From Eledone cirrhosa (lineage: Eukaryota): DNA of 64,000 nucleotides. Shown in pieces: positions 12,341 to 26,300 of this stretch. The notes below the pieces were generated by a model, which did no database searches, was not told the DNA's origin, and was given only the letters and a program-made list of their open reading frames with translations. Every line of letters begins with the position of its first letter. Within the stretch, counting starts at the first letter, position 1. A program made the translations under genes and the position numbers. Location: contig OZ024743.1 in the NCBI GenBank assembly GCA_964016885.1, forward strand, positions 328,538,001 to 328,602,000. Direction: 5' to 3'.

Positions 12341-13283
12341 AACATGGAATAAAGCCTGATATAAATCTCTCACCCAGAGAAATCGGACGATCCTATTCAA
12401 TGTTCAAACAAGATGAAAAAATTGACCAATTTACAGAAAAAGTTGTGCATGGATTCTTGAGACGTAAAACACAGACCATAGAGGGGATAAACCACTCATA
12501 AAGCCTGGCATGGAGTTCCGACAGGTTTATGACATCACACCTTGTGGGATATCTCTATGCAATACAGGAACAAGAACTCCCTACCAAATATCTGCTGCAC
12601 AAAAGGGGAGGGCCATAAGCTGACAATAAATGTAGGTTATGTAAAACAAAGATCGAGGATGTAAGCCACATTGTTGCCAGCTGCGAAAGAATGTCATCTC
12701 GCTACTACCTCCCCATGAGACACGATGGGATAGCTAGAACCATCTGGAACGCACTTCGGAAAACAAAATTGAAAACAAACGAGGAAGAATATATTGAGAC
12801 AGATGGCACTAAGGAATACTGGTGGAACCTGAAAATAAAAACTGCCACCAAATTAGAGCAAAACCGGCCTGATATTGTTGTTTGGGACCACACATTGAAA
12901 ACGTGTTCTGTTGTGGAGATCAGCTGCCCACTTGATGTAAACGTTGTCAGAAAAATACAGGAGAAGGAGGACATCTACGGACCATTGATGAGGAGTTTAC
13001 AAATCCAGTATCCAAGATACACCTTTAGCTTCATACCCATCATTATTGGAGCTACGGGTTATATACCAACCCGCTTGGACCAAAGTATGACTGAACTTGA
13101 ATTTGCGGACAAAGAGCGCAGCTCCCTAATTCATTGTCTACAAATGGCTGCGATAGCTGGCACCTTCAAAATTTGCAAAACATTCTTGCGATTCAAGGGA
13201 TGACAATTTCTTTTCTTTTACAACCTTGCCACCAGGAAGGTGGCCGGTCAAAAAAATATACTCGAAATTAAGAGAAAGAGATA
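12341..13283 (+). mobile_element. 5'-truncated R4/Dong-clade element (family B), zinc knuckle plus REL domain
   Basis: AIQEQEL, CRLC..SHIVASC..RHD and RPDIVVWD..VVEISCP (ORF 12691-13203). Followed by a TACA tail. Confidence 0.88.
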
Positions 13284-13313
13284 ACATACATACATGCATA
13301 CATACATATATAT

Positions 13314-13680
13314 GAGAAGCTAGGCTTCACAGAAACAAAAAGAGCACGACAAGTTAGGAAATTACAAGTACAATCCATGAATGGAATAGTGAAAATATGT
13401 AAAGATTCCAAAAATTCTGCATCTAATAACTGCATATACACATGTACAGATACAATGCATATGCACATGCACACATACAACTCAAAACATCCACATCCAC
13501 ACATACTATAACATCCATACCTGCACACACATACATGCCTGCAGACATGCATACATGCAGACAAGCATACATATCTACCTAGTTGATGTGTAAATTCCAA
13601 AGAGAGAGCCTCGTATCTATGTTAGAATCCGACTCTCTCTCTATTAGCAAAAAGTTGTGAAATTATAAAACCAGAAGAAT
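13314..13680 (+). mobile_element. Short 3' fragment of R4/Dong family A
   Basis: Homologous to 11593-11931 with the same terminus, aattataaaaccagaagaa plus tacatac. Confidence 0.85.
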
Positions 13681-13682
13681 AT

Positions 13683-13754
<72 letters not shown>

Positions 13755-13845
13755 TATTTTTCCCTAAATTCTTTTTGTTTTTCTTTTTAGTTTCCGCCAC
13801 TGCCTGGCTCCCCAATCTTTTTATTTCTTCTTTAATCTCTCTTTC

Positions 13846-13886
13846 CATTTACTGATGAAAGACTAGTGTCCGAAACGTTAAGACTA
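13846..13886 (+). ncRNA. Minimal hammerhead-like motif in a solo pLTR remnant (element E, about 13755-14125)
   Basis: CTGATGA-aagactagtgtcc-GAAA-cgtt with weak stem I. Downstream aactcc...gagtgc hairpin at 14045-14072. Confidence 0.55.
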
Positions 13887-13969
13887 TTTTCCTACTATAT
13901 CAAGCGTAAAACTAATAATATATTCCTTCAGTGTACTGTGTCGTTTGACTTTTGAATACACACACACAC

Positions 13970-14048
<79 letters not shown>

Positions 14049-14157
14049 CCAGGAAAATCTCTTGTTGAGTGCTTCTAATCTATTGTAATATTGTATTTAT
14101 TGAGTAATCAAGAAACCATATTAATCTTTGGTTATATATATATATGTGTGTGTGTGT

Positions 14158-14352
14158 GTCAGGTCACTCTTGAGTGCTACTGGTAACATGTAAACCAGTA
14201 CAACCTGTCGCATGGTCGGGTCGTCGGCGACTAAACTGACAACCTCACCAAGTTTACTTGGCGAGGAGGGTGATTTTGGACACCCTGCAGGACAAAAAAC
14301 AAAAGCTGACAAAGGGCGGAAGAACTGATAAGAGTCAACGGCCATCCAAAAA
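14158..14352 (-). mobile_element. Diverged 3' fragment of the (TACA)n-associated non-coding element
   Basis: gtcaggtcac...gtgctactggtaacatg...ggccatccaaaa matches the reverse complement of about 9795-9986. Confidence 0.85.
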
Positions 14353-14411
14353 TGTGTAAATATGTATATATACATGTACATATGTATGTGTATGTATATA
14401 CGTGTGTATAT

Positions 14412-14800
14412 GCCTGGGGTGTCAGGGAGGGGCATGTACTTCTGTAGGGGGGGGGGGGTTAGGATGCCCTTTTCAGGGAAGCTCGTCCTGCATTGGGTCC
14501 CACCTGACACTCAGCTCCCACCTGTGGCTCCAAGAAGCTGTAGCATGCGACAGCGGCCACACCCTTGTAAACCGCCTTGGCTGGCGGGCCGAACCAGGTT
14601 GTGGGTAGCCGGACGGGTCTGAAACCCCCCGGGGAGTAGGATAGGGGATGCCTGCCCCTGCATGCGAAGACTGGACCTGGCGGTGTGAGTGGAGGAAGAC
14701 ACATCATCCCAACGGCCACGAAGGCTCCGACAGAAAGCGGTGTGGAGCGCTAGGGCACGGCAAGGCACTACAGACGTCGTGGCCATCCACTGCAGCTATC
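14412..14800 (+). mobile_element. GC-rich 5'UTR fragment of an RTE-clade LINE
   Basis: cacctgtggctccaagaagctgtagcatgcg..agcggccacaccc..aaccaggttg.gggtagccg..ccaacggccacgaagg..catccactgca resembles, from memory, the RTE-1_MD-type 5'UTR. No ORF follows. Confidence 0.55.
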
Positions 14801-15112
14801 TTGTCAATATGACGTAGGACAGAACAAAGGAGAGGCACAAAACAAAGAAAAGAATTCCCAGTCACTGAAGAGGTCACAGAATGTGTGACGAAAAAGCTTT
14901 GACAATATATGAACAACCGTCCGGTTGTAGAACCAACCAACCAACCGGAAATTTATAAATTTCTTAAATTTATAAATTTAATTTATAATAAATTGGAGTG
15001 AAAGCAACTGGTGCGTGTGTTTCTTATTGACAACATGACCCTCCAAAAGTATAACAATATCGGTTTCAACACACGTTTTCAGATAAAGAATCTTGCTAAA
15101 CAAATTCAGAAA

Positions 15113-15211
<99 letters not shown>

Positions 15212-15664
15212 CAGAAGTACCCGTTGCCCGGGTGTAAGTCGACCTTTGCTCTGTTGTTAAAATGTGTAAAAGTTACTTCCTTGCGCACCACAGGTGCAAA
15301 AACCTTCGAACCTCAAGGAAAAAAAACAAAGATTAGTAGACGCAGGTGTGTAATTGAGCATAAATAATGGATCAGTTGTAGGTTCACAGTGTATCGTTGA
15401 AATTGTCCTTTGCACGACTGACGGAAGTCAAATTCACTTGAAATTGAATTTTCAGTTGATTTTTAAAGCAGGGTGAAAAAGTTGATTTTTTCAAATTTTT
15501 TTTTTTACAATTTTCGCGCTCACATGTGCAGAAGAAGAAATAAAAAGGACTTTATCTGAACTGCGGCATAATGGCGAGTCTTTTGCGACAGTTTTCAAGA
15601 AAATCGGACGTTCCTGTAAAAAGTTTTCCCATGTGCAACTTTGCCTTGTTTTTTGCGCAAAGTC

Positions 15665-17260
15665 GAATAAGCCATGCTGATGACGTTTAAGCGGGTGGCA
15701 AGGAATTGGTGCGGCATAGATAGCCATGGGAGTCTTGAAGGAGCACGGCGGTCAGGCAAAAGGGTCGAGGAGGGGATGGTGGCTGACAGTGCATGGATGC
15801 GGCATCCTGAGGCATGACGATGCAGTGGGACGACGGCGTGCAGGGAACGGGAGAGGGCAGGGGTTGACGGTGGCATGGATGCGACTTGGTCCCTCAAGAC
15901 TGCCATGCCTAGGCAGTGGAAAGTCGAGGAGTGGATGGCGGCTGACAGGGAAGGGATGCAACATGATGAGGCATGACGAAAGGGCAGGGTGCATGGCGGC
16001 GGACAGGGCGTGGATGCGGCATGCCAATTGAGTTGCACCTCGGGAATGTAGGTAGCACCGGGAGGCACGATGATTGTTTGAGAAAACCGGGTGCAAGGCA
16101 GGATGTTTATCAGCCATACATGATCGGTAGGCTTTGGAGGAGAAAGGGATGAATTTTTGTTTAATTTTGTTAAATATGGTCAAAATGAATGTAAAAAGAC
16201 TTACACAGGATCGTCTTCATGTTCGGTGCTATCTTTGGTCTGAGATAATGGGCGGTTATGTGCGGCGCAGGAATAAACCATGCTGATGACATTTGAGCAA
16301 GTTGCTGACAGGGCAGGAATGCCGCATGGTGAGCCATGGCAGTCGTGAGGGACCAAGGCGTGCGGGCAAGAGAGAGGGCAGGGGTTGACGGTGGCAGGGA
16401 TGCGGCTTGGTTAGGCATGGCAGTCTTGAAGGAGCACGGCGGGCAGGCAAAATAAAGGGCTGAGGAGGGGATGGCCGCTGACAGATCATGGATGCGGCAT
16501 GGTGAGGCATAACGATGCAGTGGGTCGACGGCGCACAGGGAAGGGAGATGGCTGGGATTGACGGTTGCAGGGATTCCGCATGGTGAGCCATGGCACTCGT
16601 GAAGGACCAAGGCGTGCGGGTAATTGAGATGGCAGGGGAGGGCATGGCGGCTGACAGAGCATGGATGCGGCGTGGTGATGCATGACGATGCAGTTGGACG
16701 ACGGCGTGCAGGGAAGGGAGAGGACAGGACTTGATGGTGGCAGGGATGCGGCTTGGTTAGTCATGGAAGTCTTGAAGGAGCACGGCGGGCAGGCAAAAGA
16801 AAGGGCTGAGGAGGGGATGGTGGCCGACAGGGCAGTAATGCGGCATGGTGAGGCATAACGATGCAGTGGGACGACAGCGTGCAGGGAAGGGAGAGGGAAG
16901 GGGTTGACGGTGGCAGGGATGCGGCTTGGTCAGGCATGGAAGTCTTGAGCTCTCCCGGAGTGTAGGCTATGGAAATGGGCAGGGATGGACGATGGCAGGG
17001 ATTCGGCATGTTGAGCCGTAGCAGTCCTTAGGGACCACGAAGGGCAGGCAATGGAAAGGGCCGGGGAATGAATTGCGGCTGACAGGGCAGAGATGCGCAT
17101 GGTGATGCACAACGATGCAGTGGGTCGACGGCGTGCAGGGATGGGAGAGGGCAGGGGTTGACGGATGCCTCATTATGCTACGGTAGTGGGACCACGGGAA
17201 TGAAGAGAGTGCATCGAGGCTCGATGATCGCTTGAGAAGACTGGGCGCAATACAGGATGA
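15665..17260. repeat. GC-rich minisatellite (about 85/172-bp sub-units) in two larger duplicated modules
   Basis: Recurrent ggatgcggc(a/t)tggt, cgatgcagtgggacgacggcgtgcaggga and gtcttgaaggagcacggc. Module starts near 15667 and 16272 and module ends near 16041 and 17195 are homologous. Confidence 0.85.
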
Positions 17261-17630
17261 TGCGCAGTGGTATAGTCTTGAGAGTCCTTATATAAGAAAT
17301 GGAAGAATCGGCATAAAAGTTCTGCTGAATATGGTGAGCGTTAATTTAAAGAGACTTACGGTGGATATCCTGATAGATTGAACGTTTTTTTGCATGGCGG
17401 GAGTCGCGACAAATGGAAGCAAGAAGAATGGCGTTTTTCGGTTGCCGGACTTTTGCCTCTGGGGGTCCGATTATCGACCTTTTGAAAATTTCAAGTACCT
17501 CACGTTGATCCCCGCATCAAAAATACATACCTACGTCAAATTTCATTGGAGTCGGACAAATTTCGTAAATATCGATTTTTGCCTCTGGTGATCTAATTAT
17601 CGATTTTTCGAAAATTTAATGTAGCCCACG

Positions 17631-17830
17631 NNNNNNNNNNNNNNNNNNNNNNNNNNNNNNNNNNNNNNNNNNNNNNNNNNNNNNNNNNNNNNNNNNNNNN
17701 NNNNNNNNNNNNNNNNNNNNNNNNNNNNNNNNNNNNNNNNNNNNNNNNNNNNNNNNNNNNNNNNNNNNNNNNNNNNNNNNNNNNNNNNNNNNNNNNNNNN
17801 NNNNNNNNNNNNNNNNNNNNNNNNNNNNNN
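17631..17830. other. Assembly gap (200 N)
   Basis: Run of n. Confidence 1.
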
Positions 17831-17847
17831 GTAGTTTTCCTAATCTT

Positions 17848-17957
<110 letters not shown>

Positions 17958-18234
17958 CTCTCTCTCTCTCACTCTCTATGTGTATATATTGAAGGGAGAT
18001 ATGGAAACTAAAACAGTGTTGTCATATAGAGAGTGAAGAGCGACAGAGAGAGTAAAGCAGTTAAATTATAGAGACGGGGAATGATCTTACATGCATACAT
18101 ATAAAGTATAGATATGTGTGTGTTTGTGTTTGTGTATGTGTGTTTGTGTATGTGTGTATGTGCATGTGTGCGTCTGTGTGTTTTGTTTTGATGTTATCCG
18201 GCAATTGGCGAAATCAGGTGTGAAAGTATGTGTA

Positions 18235-18297
<63 letters not shown>

Positions 18298-18714
18298 ATT
18301 ATGCGAGCGACGACAGAAAAAGTGTGTGGGGATACTTACATTATTATATTTGTTTGTATTTTCGTTCTGCAACCATTATATTATGATATTTGTATCCAAA
18401 TGATTTTAGATGTATGTATTACCTGCTTGCCCGTCCCTCTGTTTCTCTTTCCCTGTCTCTCTCTCTCTCTCTCCTCTTTCCTCTCTCTCTCTCTTTAGAT
18501 GTGTGTGTGTGTGTGTGTGTGTGTGTAATTTTCCTAATCTGTCTCTTCACTGCTGTCTCTCTAAAAGGGTTGCCCTTTGATGTATGTATTACCTGCTTGT
18601 GTGTTGACCGAATTTGACGGAGGTTATCCTTTTGAAATAAACATACATACGACGCTCATCCCTATGTTGATATATGATATAAATAATGGGATTGATGAGT
18701 TAATATCTGTATAC

Positions 18715-19008
18715 AACAACTACAACGATACGTGATGGGCCCCACCCACAGCCCCGGCGTACAGAATGGAGAAGGCGTTTCCCCGGAGGACGGCAAGGGT
18801 AACGCGCTGGAAAAGTCACTCCAACTCACGGGGCTCACACCTGTGGCTGGGGGCAGCTCAGCGCCTATGGTTAGTGAGTAAGGAGGTAGCCCTGGGGCCG
18901 AGGACACCAGAAGTCTCCACTGCCAGGTGTACGACCACAAACCTGTCGGAGAGCGACCGGTATTTGAGGAGTTTGGCCCCCTCAGCCCGACGTGCAGCAG
19001 AACCTGGG
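18715..19008 (-). pseudogene. 3' fragment of a CRE-like non-LTR retrotransposon (REL endonuclease C-terminus)
   Basis: Manual minus-strand translation gives PGSAARRAEGAKLLKYRSLSDRFVVVHLAVETSGVLGPRATSLL, then a frameshift, then EPRELE*LFQRVTLAVLRGNAFSILYAG. This is the typical K..KY..AVET.G..G..FQR.S.A..RGNA REL tail. Confidence 0.75.
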
Positions 19009-19553
19009 TATATATTAATATATTGTAGATAGATACGGAAAGTAAAAGAGTGTTGTCATATAGAGAGTGAAGAGAGACAGAGAATAAAGCAGTTAAATGA
19101 TAGAAAGGGTGAAAGAGGAAGAGTGAGAGAGAGAGAGACAACGCTCAGCTTTATAAAATTTGAGAGTGAAGAACGACAGAGAGAGTCAAGTAGTTAAATT
19201 ATAGAGGGAGGGAAGAGCGGTTGAGAGAGTAAAGCTAAGAAACTATAGGGAGGTGTGTAGGATACATACATACATAATACATACACACGACACTCAGCTT
19301 TATAATATTATAGATATATATAAAGTTGTATTCCTGTTTGTTTGTTCACGAACAACTCCTATAACCATATATATTCTGAAACTACATGGCTCAGGGTACT
19401 TGGATAAGTATATTTCATTTTAATCAAAGGGTTCCTCGGGGGCACAAAACCCCCGCTGAAAAGTTTTTCCTTTCGATTTATGTGAAATTTAAACCATAGG
19501 TAAATGACAGAATATGATGCCTATTCACAAAATTTCAGCAAATTTCAATAATA

Positions 19554-21313
19554 TTATGACACCCTAATGGGGGTCTTATATTTCTCCGTGGCTCCTTCGT
19601 ATACTCTGATTCTGTCTCTTTGGTTGTAGCCAGAGAACTGCATGCGGTTGATGAAGTGTTGGATGTGTCTTTCCATTTCTGTTGGGTCGCACATACGGGA
19701 CACGTTCTTCATCACTCGTACGAAGTCTGCGATCAGAATATTAAACTTAGCACTACTGGACATTGCTGAATTTTTTAGTATCAGGTATTTGGAGGCCATG
19801 GGTTTAGCATAGTGTGAGTGGAGAATTTGGGCTCTCTCGTCTATTGTGTTAATCCAGAGTTCCGTGTCTAATACAGGTAGTCTATTGTTAGGGTGTTTGG
19901 AAGGGTAGTCGATAGTTACAGTTATACTCTGGTGTATGGAATTAGCTATCTGCTGGATGCTTTCCATTGTGCTACGTTCTAAATCAAACTTGTTAGTGCT
20001 CTCTTGTGGGGATGTTCTTATAACTATATTGATATCGTCTACGTAACGAGAGTACATGATGAGGTCTATGGAGCTCTCATTAAGGAGATCTTTAAGTCTC
20101 CTTTCCCACCATACCATAAAAAGGTTGGCAACGTCACCAGCTATGCTGACGCCAATGGCTGCTCCCTCATTTTGGGTGTAGATCTTCTCGTTGAACTTGA
20201 ATATGTGGCCCTTTAGGGTAGTTTTGATACTAGCCCCTATTGCATGTGCGACCATTTTTCTTACCTGATCATTGTTTTTTTTTTGGGGGGGGGGGAGGTC
20301 CGTATAGCTTTGGTCCACCCAATCCACCTTCCCATGGGAGTCTTTTTTGCCATTGAGGTTATGGTGGTGGGGGAGGGGGTGTCTACCTCTTATGGGTGTA
20401 CTGGGGCAGAAACGTCTAAGGTCATGGCTGTCTAGGTAGTCAGTGTCGTAGGTAAGTCTAAGTAGGAGGCCCAGTTCGTCTGTGTCGACGTCGCAGAACT
20501 CCACCTCACTCTCAATCATCATCTCCACACATTTTTCCACAGCAAAATCAACGTTAATGGATGGGTACAGTGATACCACATCCATGCTGCCTATTATACA
20601 GTTGGATAGGTTCCTGCTTTTGTTGCACTCACTGATTCTGCTGAGGAGGTCCTCTGTACTGTCACATACACCTGGGGACATTTTGAGTATGGGGCGTATA
20701 ACCATTGAGAGGAAGTAGGAGATCCTGTAGTTGCTAGCTATATTTGCTCCGCATACGGGTCTAGTTGTTGGTCCTGTTGTCGGGTCGTCGACTGTCTTGT
20801 GGTCTTTGGTGGTATGCCATTGTTAGACGCCTGGAAGTTGTTGGCAGTGCGTCTGCTTGGCTTTAGGATGTCGGTCCACAACATCATGTGAGCGTTGAGG
20901 ATTTTTTCTTTCCCATCATGTATTTGCTGTGCAATTTCGCTCATGTTGGTGATGTGGGGTTGCATAGCCTTGATGTAGTTCGGCATGCTATCTATTGACA
21001 TCCTACCAGACTTATCCGTGGGTAGACATACTACCTCACCATCCCTTGTGCGCTGCTTGAGGCTAACCAAGCCTTCTACAGGTTTCCTCCCAAGTTGTTG
21101 GACCTCTGGTCTGCTCTGTCTCTTAGTATACCTGTCTACTATTTGTCTAATCATATTTCTAGCTATGGTGAACTGTGCCTCTGTCTCGTCATCTATTTGT
21201 TGTGGTATGTAAACTCTTTTATTAAAGGGTAACCTCGTCGGATAGATATTACCCATCTTATATGTTTTGTCAGCTGGGTTGAAGAATAGTTTCTCTGTTA
21301 TTAATTCTGGCAA
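19554..21313 (-). pseudogene. Penelope-like element reverse transcriptase, frameshifted and 3'-truncated (different family from D)
   Basis: VCLPTDKSGRMSID in ORF 20738-21313. IGSMDVVSLYPSI, QNEGAAIG, SRYVDD, LPVLDTELWI, HYAKPMAS and MQFSGY in ORF 19554-20705. No GIY-YIG retained. Confidence 0.85.
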
Positions 21314-21357
21314 TATTACACAAATATGACCCTCCCCAAGTATAACAATATATATAT

Positions 21358-21610
<253 letters not shown>

Positions 21611-21651
21611 ATGGTGAATAGACTGGTTGGTGCAAAAACGGTTTTACTTAA

Positions 21652-21693
<42 letters not shown>

Positions 21694-22009
21694 GTGTGTG
21701 TGTGTACATGTATGTTTGTGTGTATGTTTGTACATATAAGCGTTAGCTCAATAAAAAGGTGACGTATACCAGGTTTCCTGAAAGACTGAAGCTAACATAG
21801 TTTCACCATGAAAGTCTGCAGCAAATGTCAGTTACAACTAGAAATATACAACAGTATCATTAGTTGTGCAGCCGAGACCATAGTGGAACTAGAGACCAAG
21901 TTTTGCGCTCCAATAAGATTTAAATATATCAATATAACAACCACCACCTCGACTACCAAACATACATTGTAACAACACTACGTGACAGTCTAACAAGCCT
22001 GTGTTGTGG

Positions 22010-23170
22010 CCACCACCACCACCACCACCACCACCGCCACCACCACCACCACTACCACCACCAACAGCAAGAACACCACCACCAACACCACCAACAACAA
22101 CACCACCAGCGCCACCACCAACAACACCACCACCTCCAACAACAACAACGACACCACCAACACCACCACCACCACTACCACCAACAACAACAACAACAAC
22201 AATACCACTACCACCACCAAAAACAATACCACAACCACCATCAACACCACCATCACCACCACCACCACCACAGCCACCAACATCAACAACAACACCACCA
22301 CTACCACAATCGACAACACCACCACCACCACCACAGCGACAAACATCAACAACAACACCACCACTACCACCACCGACAACAACATCACCACCACCACCAC
22401 CAACACCAACATCAACAACAACACCACCACTACCACCACCGACAACAACATCACCACCACCACCACCACCACAGCCACCAACATCAACAACAACACCACC
22501 ACTACCACCACCGACAACAACACCACCACCACCACCACCACCACAGCCACCAACATCAACAACAACACCACCACTACCACCACCGACAACAACACCACCA
22601 CCACCACCACCACCACAGCCACCAACATCAACAACAACACCACCACTACCACCACCGACAACAACATCACCACCACCACCACCACCACAGCCACCAACAT
22701 CAACAACAACACCAGCACTACCACCACCGACTACAACACCACCACCACCACCACCACCACAGCCACCAACATCAACAACAACACCACCACTACCACCACC
22801 GACAACAACACCACCACCACCACCACCACCACCACCACAGCCACCAACATCAACAACAACACCAACATTACCACCACCCACAACAACACCACCAGCACCA
22901 CCACAGCCACCAACATCAACAACAACACAACCACTACCTCCACCGACACCACCACCACCACCACCACCACCACCACCACCACCACCACCACAGCCACCAA
23001 CATCAACAACAACACCACCACTACTACCACCGACACCACCACCACCACCACAGCCACCAACATCAACAACAACACCACCACTACCACCACCGACAACAAC
23101 ACCACCACCACCACCACCACCACAGCCACCAACATCAACAACAACACCACCATCAACAACAACAACCACA
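22010..23170. repeat. (ACC/AAC)n trinucleotide field with about 55-65-bp higher-order unit
   Basis: Unit accaccacagccaccaacatcaacaacaacaccaccactaccaccaccgacaacaac repeated more than 10 times. Confidence 0.9.
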
Positions 23171-23334
23171 ATATATCTAGAACTAATATTTTCCGAATGT
23201 ACTCTCACCTATTATTGTACTTACACACAGCTCCATCTATAGATGGCAGCACAGTCACAACTGTTACCACAGATATGCAGAATCTTTCACTGAAAAACTT
23301 GACTCCAAAACAACAGATGTACAATAAAACAGAC

Positions 23335-26300
23335 AACATCATACATATAATACTATAGTACAGACCACATCATACATATAATACTATAGTACAGACCACA
23401 TCAGACATATAATACTATAGTACAGACCACATCAGACATATAATACTATAGTACAGTCCACATCAGACATACTAAAGTACAGGTCACATCAGACATACTA
23501 TAGTACATGCCACATCAGAAATACTATAGTACAGACCACATCAGACATATAATTCTATAGTACAGTCCACATCAGACATACTATAGTACAGACCACATCA
23601 AACATACTATAGAACAGGCCACATCAGACATAATATAGTACAGGCCACATCAGACATACTATAGTACAGGCCACATCAGACATACTATAGTACAGGAAAC
23701 ATCAGACATACTATAGTACAGACCACATCAGACATACTATAGTACAGACCACATCAGACATACTATAGTACAGCCTACATCAGACATACTATAGTACAGA
23801 CCACATCAGACATACTATAGTACAGGACACATCAGACATACTATAGTACAGAACAGATTAGGCATACTATAGTACAGACCACATCAGACATACTATAGTA
23901 CAGGACACATCAGACATACTATAGTAAAGACCACATCAGACATACTACAGTACAGGACACATCAGACATACTATAGAACAGGACACATTAGGCATACTAT
24001 AGTACAGACCATATCAGACATACTATAGTACAGGACACATCAGACATACTATAGTACAGACCACAGCAGACATACAATAGTACAAACCACATCAGACATA
24101 CTATAGTACAGATCATATCAGACATACTATAGTACAGATCATATCAGACATACTATAGTACAGACCACATCAGACATACTATAGTACAGGACACATCAGA
24201 CATACTATAGTACAGACCACATCAGAGATATAATACTATCGTACAGACCACATCAGACATACTATAGGACAGACCAAATCAGACATACTATAGTACAGAC
24301 CACATCAGTCATACTATAGTGCAGGCCATATCAGACATACTATAGTACAGACCACATCAGACATACTGTAGTACAGACCACATCAGATATACTATAGTAC
24401 AGGCCACATCAGACATACTATAGTACAGACCACATCAGACATACTATAGTACAGACTACATCACACATACTATAGTACAGAACACATCAGACATACTATA
24501 GTACAGAACACATCAGACATACTATAGTACAGGCCACATCACACATACTATAGTACAGACAACAACAGACATACTATAGTACATATCATATCAGACATAC
24601 TATAGTACAGGCCACATCAGATATACTATAGTACAGGCGACATCAGACATACTGTAGTACAGACCACAACAGACATACTATAGTACAGGCCACATCAGAC
24701 AAACTATAGTACAGACCACATCAGACATACTATAGTACAGACAACAACAGACATACTATAGTACATATCATATCAGACATACTATAGTACAGGCCACATC
24801 AGACATACTGTAGTACAGACCACATCAGACATACTATAGTACAGACCACACCAGACATACTATAGTACAGACCACATCAGACATACTATAGTACAGGACA
24901 CATCAGACGTACTACAGTACAGACCACATCAGACATACTATAGTACAGACAACAACAGACATACTATAGTACATATCATATCAGACATATTATAGTACAG
25001 GCCACATCAGACATACTATAGTACAAGCCACATCAGACATACTGTAGTACAGACCACATCAGACATACTATAGTACAGACCACATCAGACATACTATAGT
25101 ACAGGCCACATCAGACATACTGTAGTACAGACCACATCAGACATACTATAGTACAGGAAACATCAGACATACTATACTACAGACCACATCAGACATACTA
25201 TAGTACAGACCACATCAGACATACTATAGTACAGACAACAACAGACATACTATAGTACATATCATATCAGACATACTATAGTACAGGCCACATCAGACAT
25301 ACTATAGTACAGGCCACATCAGACATACTGTAGTACAGACCACATCAGATATACTATAGTACAGGCCACATCAGACATACTATAGTACAGACCACATCAG
25401 ACATACTATAGTACAGACCACATCACACATACTATAGTACAGAACACATCAGACATACTATAGTACAGAACACATCAGACATACTATAGTAAAGACCACA
25501 TCACACATACTATAGTACAGAACACATCAGACATACTATAGTACAGAACACATCAGACATACTATAGTACAGACCACATCAGACATACTATAGTACAGAA
25601 CACATCAGGCATACTATAGTACAGACCACATCAGACATACTATAGTACAGAATACATCAGACATACTATAGTACAGAACACATCAGACATACTATCGTAC
25701 AGACCACATCAGACATACTATAGTACAGAACACATCAGACATACTATAGTACAGCCCACATCAGACATACTATAGTACAGGCCACATCAGACATACTATA
25801 GTACAGACCACATCAGACATACTATAGTACAGACCACATCAGAAATACTATAGTACAGGACACATCAGACATACTATAGTACAGACAACAACAGACATAC
25901 TATAGTACATATCATATCAGACATACTATAGTACAGGCCACATCAGACATACTATAGTACAGGCCACATCAGACATACTATAGTACAGGCCACGTCAGAC
26001 ATACTATAATACAGGCCACATCAGACATACTATAGTACAGACCACATCAGACATACTATAGTACAGACCACATCAGACATACTATAGTACAGACAACAAC
26101 AGACATACTATAGTACATATCATATCAGACATACTATAGTACAGGCCACATCAGACATACTATAGTACAGGCCACATCAGACATACTATAGTACAGGACA
26201 CATCAGACATACTACAGGACAGACCACATCAGACATACTATAGTACAGACAACAACAGACATACTATAGTACATATCATATCAGACATACTATAGTACAG

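Noticed and set aside
19315-19550. Possible second Helitron-like 5' end on the plus strand (similar hint at about 6003-6050)
   Set aside because: Only generic resemblance (tatataaag..gtttgtttg). No matching 3' hairpin/CTRR end found.
21889-23358. Extensin- or mucin-like Pro/Thr ORFs and Gly/Val ORFs
   Set aside because: Open in several frames on both strands because ACC/AAC repeats lack stops. No signal peptide, splice evidence or unique domain.
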